Below are positions 53,801-64,000 of a DNA stretch of 64,000 bases, piece by piece. The DNA is from Tricharina praecox. Its lineage: Eukaryota. The stretch covers positions 310,001 through 374,000 of the forward strand of contig NW_026250427.1 of NCBI RefSeq assembly GCF_024521635.1, given 5' to 3'. How positions within the stretch are numbered: position 1 is the stretch's first letter; each line of letters opens with the position of its first letter. Below the pieces are notes generated by a model. That model did no database searches. It saw only the letters and a list, made by a program, of their open reading frames with translations, and was not told where the DNA came from. The position numbers were made by a program, and so were the translations under genes.

Positions 53801-56800
53801 TCTATGGCGTTAACCAGGAATATAACCTGAGGACGGTGCTGCATAACTTTGAGTATGAGGGCAACGGTTGGAAGAGTTTGTCGCTTCGAGCCGCCAATCT
53901 TGAGAGCGGCATTCGTCAGGGCCAGATAGCGGAGCCAGAAACCCTGGGAGTAGTCGATGCCTTTAACACCCTGGGCATGAATGGACTCTCGCACTCGTTC
54001 CTCCAGGAAGGAGCCCGCGCAACCACATCCGCCAGAGCGGTAGATAACATCTACCGTTCGGCCTGGAAATTAGAGCAATGGGACTTACCATGTCCTACCG
54101 GCTGCAACACCAGATCCACGCCCATCTTCCGAGCTCTGCAGTCTCTCAACAACACTGTGGATGCAAGGCCGACTGCGGAACACACGGATCCGCACTTCCT
54201 GGGAGTCATGAAGCAAATGATCTCCGCTACCCAAACAAACCACACGCTCGGCGAGAATATGAGAACACTGGCCATGTTGACGGAGATGGAGGAGGTGCTT
54301 GCGTCCGCGGACCGGAAGCAACTGACCGAAGCCTGGGATAGGCAGCAGGGTAGGAGTGCATGGATGGATACTGGAAGGTACGGAATTTGGTTTTTTTGAC
54401 TCTCTGAGTGCTCGTGTGCTAATCATTGATGACCAGGTATGCGGAAGTCGAAGAGATGATGGCAATGCGACAAGCAACCTTCGGTTCGCTGGCCAAGCGG
54501 ATGCACCTACGGATGCGCTCCGGCACGGACGTCATAGGCGAGAAGAACGCCAGGAAAATGGAGGCGAAAACACTGATTAGTTGCTGCAAGATGGCACGCA
54601 AGCATGAAATCCTTCAGCACGCCATCTCTGCTGCCACGCAACTGGAAAACCTCGTGCAGCCGTGTAAGGATGCGGGCTTGGACATCAGTGGGGTAGCTGC
54701 TCTCCAGGCGGCCAACGTTCTGTGGCTGGATGGGCATGCCGTGGCATCAATTCATATGCTTTCTGCACTGGAACAAGATACGAACGCAACTTCGCAGAGT
54801 ATTGAGGTCGGTAGGGCCAAACTATTGGCGATACTGGTAAGACAACCCGTGTATGTGATGCGTGTTGAATATCGCTGATTTTTCTCTCAGGGTAGTCGGA
54901 TCTCCGAAGCACGGCTCGAGAAGCCTGACAAAATCATGAGTCGGTACCTCGAGAATGCAATCATCGAGCTCAACCACAAGGAGACTGGATCCGAAGCTGG
55001 TCGCGTATTTCACTTGTTTGCAACTTTCTGCGACCAGCAGCTGCAAAACCCAAACAACATCGAGGACTACGAACGTGCACTCAAGTTGAAACGAGACAAG
55101 GAGGGTGAAGTCAACCAGCTGGCCCAGATGATGCACTCATCTGCTAACAAGAACGCGGTCATCCGCGAGAACGTCAAGGCTAAATCGTGGTTGGCACTGG
55201 ACGAGGAGGAGTACTCTCACCTTCGGAACAACCGCGATGCGTTCCTGGAGAAGAGTGTGGCCAATTACTTGAAGTGCTTGATTGCGTGTGACGACTTCGA
55301 CCACGATGCCGTCCGATTCTCAGCACTGTGGCTGGCACACTGGGACGAGGATAGGGTCAACAGGGTGGCTACGGATGTCGAAAACGTTCCTACAAGGAAG
55401 CTGGTACCGCTGATCAACCAGCTTTCGTCCCGACTGCAGTCGGAGAAGGGCGCTCATTCGATTCATCCGTTCCAGAGCCTCCTGCTGAGACTCATCATTC
55501 GGATGTGCCAACAGCACCCGTACCATGGAATCTATCAAATTCTTGCGATCTCAAAGACTCGCACCAAGGATGAAGCTTCTATCTCCAGACAGCGAGCTGC
55601 ACTGCAGGTTACTAAGTACCTTAAGAGCGGCAACACGAAGAATGCCATGTATGCCCTGGAAACTACAACGAAGGTGTACGACAAGCTCGCGCATGCCACG
55701 GGGCCTCAGAAGTTGGCCAAGGGAAGGTCGATTACGCTCAAGGATCTGATTCCAGATTGCCGGAAGGTGTTTGAGAGGGATATCGGAACATACAATATTC
55801 CACCACCAACCATGCACATCGCGATCAGGGCGGATTGCGATTACTCTTCGCTGCCAATTATTACGAGATTCAATCCCCTGGTGGTTCTAGCTTCGGGTGT
55901 AAGCATGCCCAAGATCATCAAGTGCGAGGCTTCAGATGGAAATGTCTTCAAGCAACTGGTAAGTGCCTGCACAGTCTCTCGCTGCTTACGAGTTAACTAA
56001 CAGTATGTAGGTCAAAGGTGGTCAGGACGATTTACGACAAGACGCCATCATGGAACAGGTGTTCGAACAAGTCAGTATTTTGCTACGGAAGTGGCGCATG
56101 ACTCGACAGCGCGACCTCAAAATCCGCTCCTACATGGTGATCCCACTCACCGCCACAAGTGGCATCATCGAGTTCGTCGCCAACACAATCCCGCTTCTCG
56201 AATACCTCTTCCCAGCACATACAAAATACTTCCCCAATGCCTGGGCCCCGTCCAAAGCCCGCAAAGTCATCTCGGACGCCCAGAACCGTTCCAGGACCGA
56301 GCGCGTACGGGCATACCGGCTCGCTGCGGAAAACTTCCCCCCAGTCCTGCACTTCTTCTTTATGCACGAGTTCGAAGGGCCCGATCTCTGGTTCGCCTCG
56401 CGCCTTGCATACACGCGCAGCACAGCGGCGATCTCGATTCTCGGCCACATTCTCGGCCTCGGCGATCGCCACGGCCACAACATCCTCCTTGACAGGAAGA
56501 CCGGCGAGGTTATCCATATCGATCTCGGTGTGGCATTCGAGCAGGGCCGTGTTTTGCCCGTTCCCGAGGTGGTCCCGTTCCGCCTTACAAGAGACATTGT
56601 CAGCGGCTTTGGGATCACGGGCACGGAGGGAGTATTCCGCCGGTGTTGCGAGTACACGCTCGAGGTCCTGCGCAACGAGTCGTACAGCATTACCACCGTG
56701 CTCGACGTGTTGAAGTACGATCCGCTATACAGCTGGTCGCTCTCTCCCCTGCGGATGAAACGGATCCAGGACCACTCGCTCGAACAGAAGGAGCAGGAAC

Positions 56801-57051
56801 GCCTCGAGGAGGAGGAACACGCCGCAAAAGAGAAGGCGCGCGTAAGGCGCCAGGATTCGGACGGGAAAGAGGCCGACGAGAAGAAGAAGAAGCTCCAGGC
56901 TGAGGCTGAGGCTGAGAGGGCCCTCACGGTCGTCTCGAAGAAACTCTCCAAGACCCTGAGTGTTTCGGCCACGGTTAACGAGTTGATCCAGCAGGCCGCC
57001 GATGCGAAAAATCTTGCTGTGCTCTATTCCGGTTGGGGCGCTTACGCGTGA
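47873..57051 (+). CDS. TEL1: Tel1/ATM PIKK serine/threonine kinase
   Basis: Exons 47873-47906, 47961-48008, 48074-49535, 49593-54377, 54437-54836, 54891-55958, 56011-57051, all GT-AG. The first small exons restore a TAN-like N-terminus ([27 protein letters not shown]). Kinase motifs [49 protein letters not shown] end LYSGWGAYA. Confidence 0.95.
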
Positions 57052-57959
57052 TCCACGAGGGAGACCTCCCTGAGGGGGTGGGAGTGGATGAGCTGGAGTA
57101 GGGCGTTGGGAGTTTTCTTTGGCTTGGACTTTGTATTTTTGCGTTTGGGGATGAAAATGCGGGAACTGGGGGTGGCGGGCGTTTGTATCTAAAGTAGGTA
57201 GAGGATTTATGGGAAACGAAAGGAAAATGCGGTGATCATGTTCTGCGAGGTCTACACATAGTTAAGGTGAATAGGAATTCAGTGTTCTCAGAATGAATGA
57301 GCGCGAGTGATATCGTGGGGGCTTTGGAGGTTGTGAATTCTCATTCTATCAGCCTGCTTTCGCCGTCCGTCATAACTACAGCTAGCTTGATTATAGTAGT
57401 TCCAAGTGGAGGGAAGGACTAGCCTGAATAGTGGCGGGGGCGTAACTGATGGGTCTCTGGGAAGGGCCATTTCAACAAGGCTGCGCATGCTACATAATCC
57501 TCAGGATCCGAAGTCAAACCGACGAGCAGCTAGAGCTCTATTACGAGCGACCCATTCACTAGTGAGAACACCTCAGCAAAGGCTCAGTGTGCAGCTCCGC
57601 CAGTTCACCACTTCACTTCACCACTTCATCACTTCACCAGGAAATGCACAAGCAATTCCAGATATCGATATCGCGAAAGGACCAAACACAAGGACAACAC
57701 AGCATAGCAAACATATAACATGGAGCAATTACCAAAAGCAAGCAAGCGCGCATAAAACTTCTACCACTGTCCCGTTCATCACACAAAAAGAACTAAGATA
57801 CACTGTTATGAAAAAACCCGTGTCCCTTACTTATGGTATACTTTCTTCCCCACCCCCCATTACGATGCCGTTCGATTTCCGCTGTTGATCCGCCCTGTCT
57901 GCTCTTGAGCACCAAGTGCTGAGATCTTGTCGACAGTAGAGACGGGCGTTTCGAGGCGT

Positions 57960-58934
57960 TTAGCAGATGGCATCGGTGGTGGCCTTGGCGTTCATGAGAA
58001 GTGCGACGATAAGACCGTAAAGACCCAGGACTTCGGCGAAAATGAGGATCAAGATCATGCCGACGAAGAGTCTAGGCTGCTGAGCGGTTCCACGGACACC
58101 GGCGTCACCGACGATTCCGATGGCAAAACCTGGATTTTTTGTTAGTAAACAAACGGTACGCGTGTGGCGCAAAACATACCAGCAGCCAAACCGGCCAGAC
58201 CGACGGACAGACCAGCACCCAACTGAATGAAACCGGTGTAGAGGGGAAGCTGCTGCTTCAGGCCCGAGGAGACGAGCACCGACACGACCAGACCGTAAAT
58301 AGCAATAATACCAGCCATAATGACGGGAATAATGTCTGTGGTGATTCGTCAGCATGTTTGCTTCTTTTCGTCCACAGAAAAGCAAGGCGCCATACTCTTG
58401 ACGATCAGATCAGGTCGGAGGACACCCATAGAGCAGATACCGACACCGGACTTGGCGGTTCCGTACGAAGCGCCGAAGCAGGTGAAGACGATAGCTGCAG
58501 TGCAGCCCATTGCGCCGAAAAAGGGCTGGTAAAATAAAACACACCCGTCAGCCACCTGAAATCGAATACCGAAACGTGAATAGCATTTGAACGATCGAGT
58601 AGGTTCGGTCGTTCGTGCGAACGATAGCTTGGTGTTGTCGTTACGTAGCCCGGAATGCTTCGCGTCCTTTTCCGTTTGTTGCTTGGCGGCAACTCTCGAT
58701 GACGACGGGTTCGCTGGAAGGACGGAAGGAAGGAAAACGCGGAGCAGAATTTTAACATACCGCATAGACGGGACTGAAGGAAAAAAAGCACACGAGTCAG
58801 CACGTAAATTCTTCTTTAAACGACACATCGTCCTCATCGCTTTCCGCAGGTGCTAGGGGCGAGGGAAGATGGGCGAATGACGCGGTCGCAGTGGAATGAC
58901 GAGCGAGAGCTGCTTACCAGAGTTCAGAAGACAT
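57960..58934 (-). CDS. VMA3: V-type ATPase 16 kDa proteolipid subunit c
   Basis: Exons 58934-58918, 58773-58761 (13 nt), 58525-58396, 58335-58180, 58129-57960. Spliced protein [86 protein letters not shown]. Confidence 0.96.
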
Positions 58935-59452
58935 TGTGAATGTAGATGAGAGGAAGCGAAGTGAGGCTGTTAAAGGTCGGCTGGTGAAGCGGCGGCTTTG
59001 GAGATGTACGAGTGAGCTGAAGCTGAAGTGGTGAGTGTTGCTTGATTGTCTGGGTGTGTTGGAGATGCACTCGGTAGGAGGTTGGATTCCTTGGCTGCGG
59101 CGGGTTTAGGCACTTGCGAGTGGCTTGGTGTAATTACCCGGCCATCATCTGTCATCAGGAGAACACTCATCCAATCCCAAAACACGAGGTATCGACGATC
59201 TACAACAACCCCCACGCATCCCAGCCAAACACACCTCTGCCATCTTTGGTAGGAGAATGTTGCCGAGAGGATGGATATAGAGGTACTGTACATCATTGAA
59301 TATTCTTTGAATAGATATGCAAAAAAGCAAGGCGGCTCGATTCTTTTTGAAACCCCATGGTACACCCATCATCTATTCTGCCTTCCCCACTTCCCACTGG
59401 TTGACCCTGTAATTCTTCACCCCGCTCACCTCTCTCATAACTACCAATACGC

Positions 59453-61224
59453 TTAGAAGTTTCGGCTAGTGTCGTTGCGGATACGGTTGTAGTCGAGCAG
59501 CTATTAAACATGTTAGTCGTGCTCGAAATGATCTGCGATGCAGTACTTACACCCTCGATGCTTCCCACAGCACTGATGGCAACATCCTGATCCCAAATCC
59601 TTCGCTGGGCAAACGCCATAACGTCCTTTTCGGTGATGGCACCGACCACACGCTCGATTTCAGCCGGGCTCATTCTTCGGCCGGTAGTGACGATCTGTCG
59701 TCCGATGTCCTCAGCAATGGCAGTGGTTCCGTCAAGGCTCAACAACAGCGAAGCCTTGAGCTGGGCCTTAGCACGCTCAACCTCAGCTTCGGTGACGATC
59801 TGCGCCATGCGGTTCCATTCACGGAGAGTAAAGTGGACCAGGTCGTCAATGTTGGTGAGGTTGTCGGTGACCATGTAGGCTCCCCACAGACCAACGTCAG
59901 AGTACGAGGTGCTGAAGCTCATGAACGAGTTGGCAAGCTGGTGCTGGTGGAGCACAGACGAGAGCTTGCTGCCGAGGTGGGGGGCGTTACCCATGGCGCG
60001 GTCGAAGTTACCGATGATAGCCTGAGCGACCAGAGCGGTGAAGTAGTCGGGGTCCTTCCAGCTGACACCCTCAACAGCGATGGCAATGTGGGCGGTGGGG
60101 ATGGTATCGTCACGCATGCGGACCTCGGAACCGATGAACTCAGGCTTAGGTCCACGCGATGTTCCGAGGGTCAGGGGGCTGTCGGATGACTTCAGGTTGC
60201 CGAAGTTCTTCTCGGCGAGCTCAACGAGTTGCTCGTGGGGGATTCCTCCAGCACCGACAAGGACCATGCGGTCGGCCTTGTAGTTGGTGGAGATGTAGTT
60301 CTGGAGGTCGGCCTTCTTGATCGACAGGATGTTCTCCTTGGGGCCGAGGATGGTGCGGCCGAGAGACTGTCCCTGAAAGGCAGTGGCATGCAAGTGGTCG
60401 AAGACGACCTCCTCCAGCTGCTTATCAACCTCCTCCTGCTCCCGGAGGATAACATCACGCTCGCGCTCAATGGCGGACTCCTCGAGCTTCGAGTTCTGCA
60501 GGATGTCGGCCAGGATTTCAACCGACTTTCCAACATCATCCTTGAAGGACTTTGCGTAGTAAACAGTGTTCTCTCGCTAGAATAGTCGTTAATCCCGAGG
60601 ATAAAACGTCGTGTGTGTAGCTGGGCCAATTACCGATGTGTAGGCGTTCAAATGTCCACCCATGTTCTCGATCTCGAGTTCCAACTGCTGCTGCGAGCGC
60701 TTGTTGGTGCCCTACGAGTGAATCTCGTGTTAATGCAGATTCTCTGACCCCCACCAACCCCACACCACCATCACCACAACCACCGGCGCCACGATCATCG
60801 TAATAACCTCCGCCGGCGCAACCGTGTCCATCCATCTGTCCGGAGTTGTCTCACCTTGAAAGCCAAGTGCTCCAAAAAGTGTGCGGTTCCGTTGGAGGCA
60901 TCGGTCTCGGCCCGGCTTCCGGCGTCAATGAACACACCGACGGTGGCGGTCTGCGCATATGGCGAGTGCTCGGTAGCGATCTGAACCCCGGGAGTCTCCC
61001 GTCAGTACCCGATGCAATCAATTCTTTACCCCGCATAGCTGGGTATCGTTCTTAGCCATCCATACCGTCAGTCCATTCTTAAGGGTGGTCGACTGGGTGG
61101 TGTGGACGTTGGCCGCCGTGGGTGTCGCCAGAGACCTCGTCAACGTGGTGGGGAATTTTCTGTTGAATGCATTTCGTCGCAGGGTGGCAGAAAGAGTGTT
61201 CCGGGCGACACGAGCGGCTGCCAT
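59453..61224 (-). CDS. MAS1: Mitochondrial-processing peptidase beta subunit (M16 family)
   Basis: Exons 61224-61066, 60980-60855, 60711-60634, 60576-59551, 59500-59453. Arg-rich presequence, [13 protein letters not shown], zinc motif [44 protein letters not shown]. Confidence 0.95.
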
Positions 61225-61554
61225 TGTTGTTTCGACAACGAGTGGGGGAGGGGAGAGCGAGGGAGCGGGTGGGTTTCTGGTGGGAAAAGGTGTTTGGCGG
61301 ATTGCGATAGTACGGGAAAATGAGGAACAAGAACCGGCGATGCTTCGACGGTTCACTCGGCGTTTCTGCTGAGTGGTGGTGGTGCTCACGAGTTACGCAG
61401 TGGGGGTAGATTTCAGCACATGAGTAATTCCCTCGCTTGTACTCTTATTGGACGAGAGGCTGAGGTGTGGCGTGATGCGTGTGGCGCTCATCGGAAGCCG
61501 CTAGTTATGTGGCGGTACGGTGGGGCTCAAGCTTGAGGCTCGGCCGCCATGCTT

Positions 61555-61560
61555 GGAGCT
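61555..61560 (+). promoter_or_regulatory. GGAGCT, candidate proteasome-gene (Rpn4-type) element
   Basis: Hexamer ~165 bp upstream of the RPN5 ATG. I recall this motif from proteasome promoters of filamentous ascomycetes; it is short enough to occur by chance. Confidence 0.3.
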
Positions 61561-61723
61561 ATCACTCAACTCAACCCAAGTTACTGCTCGACACCATCAC
61601 GACAACACCGTCTATCCATCAAGCCATCAACATCATCACCATCCCGCCCGTCGGTATACATACCACACTACGCACCCTCTACCACCACCCTCTACACCCT
61701 CTTCACACACACCCACCTTCACA

Positions 61724-63476
61724 ATGGCTGAGGGAAGCGCAGAGAGAGAGGTTCTCAAGGCGGAGAAGGATTGTATGTTCCCCACCACCGCGGGGTATCT
61801 CAAGCGAACTTGGGACGGAAAAACGCGCACCATGAGAGAGGGAATACTAACCCAGTGCAATGCAGTTTCGCCGCAGCTGGACAAGGAGCTCCCAGATATC
61901 GTTGCTCTTGCTAAGGCACCGCCCGCCCATTCTCCAGTTCTTACGGACGACAGCTAACGGCCGGCGGTGCGGTGCAGTCAGGTGGCGGTTTAAACCTTCC
62001 CCAAGCCATCGAGAAACTCATGATGCTCGAGAAACAAACCCGCCAGGTCCGCCCACTGATAACTTTACGCGATCGTTCTCCGGCGCGCGGACGCTAATAT
62101 GCGCACTACCTAGGCTTCCGATTTACCATCCACCACCCGAATACTCGAGACGATCGTTACATTGTGCAAGGAGTCGGGTGACTGGAATCTCATGAATGAG
62201 AATGTCCAAATTCTGTCGAAGAAGCATGGACAGCTCAAGATTGCGATTACGAAGATGGTGCAGCTCGTGATGACATTCTTGCCCGAGACCCCCAACATCG
62301 AAACCAAGCTGGCGGTTATCGATACTCTACGGGTGGTGACGGAAGGAAAGGTCGGTGGTGTCATCAGAATGAGCGATATTGGGTGGACGGGTGGGTGTTA
62401 ACTGTGGGCAGATATTTGTTGAAGTCGAGAGAGCTCGCATCACGCGAGAACTGTCCAACATCAAGAAGTCGCAAGGCAATCTCGGCGAAGCAAAGAACGT
62501 TCTTTGTGAGCTGCAGGTGGAAACTTTCGGTTCGATGGACAGAAAAGAGAAGACGGACTTTATTCTTCTACAGGTCGGCCTTTGCATCGAACACGGTGAT
62601 TACGGTCAGGCCTTGATCCTGTCTCGCAAGATCTCGACCAAGTGGTTCACTACCGAACCCAGCAAAAAGGACCAGGAGATCATGGAGTTGAAGCTGCGCT
62701 TCTACGAGCAACAGATTCAACTCTCCAAGCAGGACAGCAAGTATCTAGATGCGTGCAAGAACTACAGGGCCATCCTCGACACTCCCAGCATCATGGCGGA
62801 CGATGAGAAGCTCAAAGTTATACTGGAGAGGATCATCTACTATGTCATCCTTGCCCCATATGACAACGAGCAATCCGACCTACTGCACCGCATCCACGCA
62901 GACCCCAACCTCCTCCGCCTCGTCCCGCAGCAAGACGAACTCCTCAAGAGCTTCACCATTATCGAGCTAATGCCGTGGTCACGCGTGGCGCAACGGTTCG
63001 AGACGATGCTGCGCGCTACCGAGGTCTTCGGCGTCGACGACCCCAAGGGCCCCAAACGCTGGGAAGATCTCCGCAAGCGTGTGATCGAGCACAACGTTCG
63101 TGTGGTTGGCAAGTACTACACCCGGATCACCATGGACCGATTGAAGTCACTGCTGGATCTGGACGAGGATGAGACCGAGACATATCTGTCGAAGCTGGTG
63201 TGTGAGAAGACCGTCAACGCGAAGATCGACCGGCCGGCGAGAATCATCACTTTCGGACAAGCCAGAGATGCGGACGACGTGTTGAACGAGTGGAGTGGGA
63301 ACATGAAGAGTCTTCTAGGTCTGCTCGAGAGAGTTGACCATCTCATCACAAAGGTACGTCTCCCGCGCGCTGCACTACGGATCTAGAGGAGTGCTGACTA
63401 ACGGGCTGTACAGGAGGAGATGATGGCCAACATCGCGCCGAAGATCAAGAGTAAGGGCAAAGGAGTAGGAAAATAA
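61724..63476 (+). CDS. RPN5: 26S proteasome lid subunit Rpn5 (PCI domain)
   Basis: Exons 61724-61772, 61866-61915, 61978-62046, 62114-62350, 62412-63353, 63414-63476; intron 2 appears to have a GC donor. Motifs LEKQTRQ|ASD, LSKKHGQLK, RVVTEGK|IFVEVERAR, ELQVETFGSM, RVIEHNVRVVGKYYTRI, AKIDRP, HLITK|EEMM. Confidence 0.95.
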
Positions 63477-64000
63477 TCTAGATGCTGCAACTCTTTAGCG
63501 AATGAAAGTGACCACTTTGTAAAATAATTGGGAGCATGGTCGAGGTTTTTCCTTCTTCGGGCTGGTTCAATCAATTGAGACGTTGATTTGGACTGTTGTG
63601 TCCTGGTCACTGTCCGCCTGCTAAGGCCCTGTTCGTCTCACGATTATGTCGTTATTTGCGGACCTATCATGGAACGGCCGGTTCCCCTGTCCACATACTA
63701 CTATCCATCACCTCAGCGAAGTATCCACAATCCTCAGCGGCAACTCAGCGGAAAGTTCTCCCTACCGGCAACCCAGCGAACAATTATCCCTACCGGCAAT
63801 CCTCAGCGGCAACTCCACAGTCGGCCGACATGGACTCCTCTTTAAGTTCACTCTCCGTCACGGTATGGAGGAAAAAAGCCTGCTTGTATGCCATAGCCCG
63901 CGTCGACTAGATAGTAGCAACCGGGTGGATGTGTTCAGAGATCAGCTGCCAATGCCAAATGTCGAAAGTGGCATTTGGAGAACTTCGAAAACACGCGAGA

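Noticed and set aside
63710..64000. Short repeats (ATCCTCAGCGGCAACTC twice) and a possible next gene at the window edge
   Set aside because: Too little sequence to support a call.

Overview
Eukaryotic, intron-containing DNA from a filamentous ascomycete (short GT-AG introns with CTRAC branch sites; Pezizomycotina by inference). The left ~36 kb is gene-poor and rich in microsatellites. It holds only two regulatory genes, a Clg1/Pcl-type cyclin (+, 13596-15826) and a PAH1/RfeB/Pho2-type homeobox factor (-, 25255-27132), each behind an apparently long AUG-free leader. The right part is gene-dense housekeeping DNA: MET3, LCB2, TEL1/ATM, VMA3, MAS1 and RPN5. The most unusual signal is an unclassified modular repeat family at 17.6-20.5 kb and 39.5-40.9 kb. 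It carries four copies (three near-complete, one truncated) of a cassette: TATA box, CT tract, TCATCATC initiator-like motif, a ~125-nt hairpin kept by G.U-compatible changes and one compensatory change, an Sm-site-like ACTTTTTGGA, a second hairpin and a T tract. This is a candidate multicopy structured ncRNA or non-autonomous element. A second signal is the 9-mer GTAGAGTAC, counted by eye about 30 times, only in the gene-poor half. All calls were made by eye with no database searches.
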